Source of the DNA: a virus | Lineage: Duplodnaviria; Caudoviricetes | DNA: 64,000 bases | Strand: one strand, 5' to 3' | Virus record (IMG/VR): IMGVR_UViG_3300020492_000001 | Span: 1 to 64,000 of that record | Shown here: one piece after another, positions 63,981 to 64,000 of the stretch | How the letters are laid out: each line of letters begins with the position of its first letter | How positions within the stretch are numbered: the first letter of the stretch is position 1 | Notes under the pieces: model-generated | Told to the model about the DNA's origin: nothing | Databases searched by the model: none | The model's input: the letters and a program-made list of their open reading frames with translations, nothing else | Position numbers and translations under genes: made by a program

Positions 63981-64000
63981 TAAAGTCTTAAAGAAGCATA

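Noticed and set aside
1-64000. Stop-codon reassignment as in some crAss-like phages
   Set aside because: Long genes are intact under the standard code, TAG and TGA end genes at sensible boundaries, and the clear tRNA is Gln(UUG), not a suppressor.

Overview
AT-rich 64 kb segment of a large tailed dsDNA phage, most likely infecting Bacteroidota (TAnnTTTG promoter boxes, A-rich leaders without Shine-Dalgarno sequences). Positions 1-35.6 kb are a minus-strand morphogenesis block resembling crAss-like phages: terminase, portal, scaffold, major capsid, ring proteins, fibres, lysis genes, a large tail stabilisation protein and large putative cargo proteins. A ~0.9 kb non-coding divergence region follows. 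After it come a plus-strand cluster of small early-type genes, a short inverted block with a DNA methyltransferase, an array of small paralogous genes, a tRNA-Gln with flanking structured RNA, an SF2 helicase, and a DnaB/SSB/NinB-like replication-recombination module. The main discovery is at 52.5-58.4 kb: a phage-borne integron-like system with 13 imperfect hairpin (attC-like) sites delimiting 13 cassettes, a terminal attI-like half site, and an adjacent IntI-related tyrosine recombinase lacking the IntI-specific insertion. The two ends of every cassette are complementary to each other, and 7 of 13 cassettes have an ORF starting inside the hairpin loop. Three further dispersed motif families suggest a layered transcription programme: an 18-bp palindrome (12 copies), an ECF-sigma-like promoter (12 copies) and GGAAnTATAA(T) (9 copies). 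All protein calls come from motif recognition and gene order; no database search was run.
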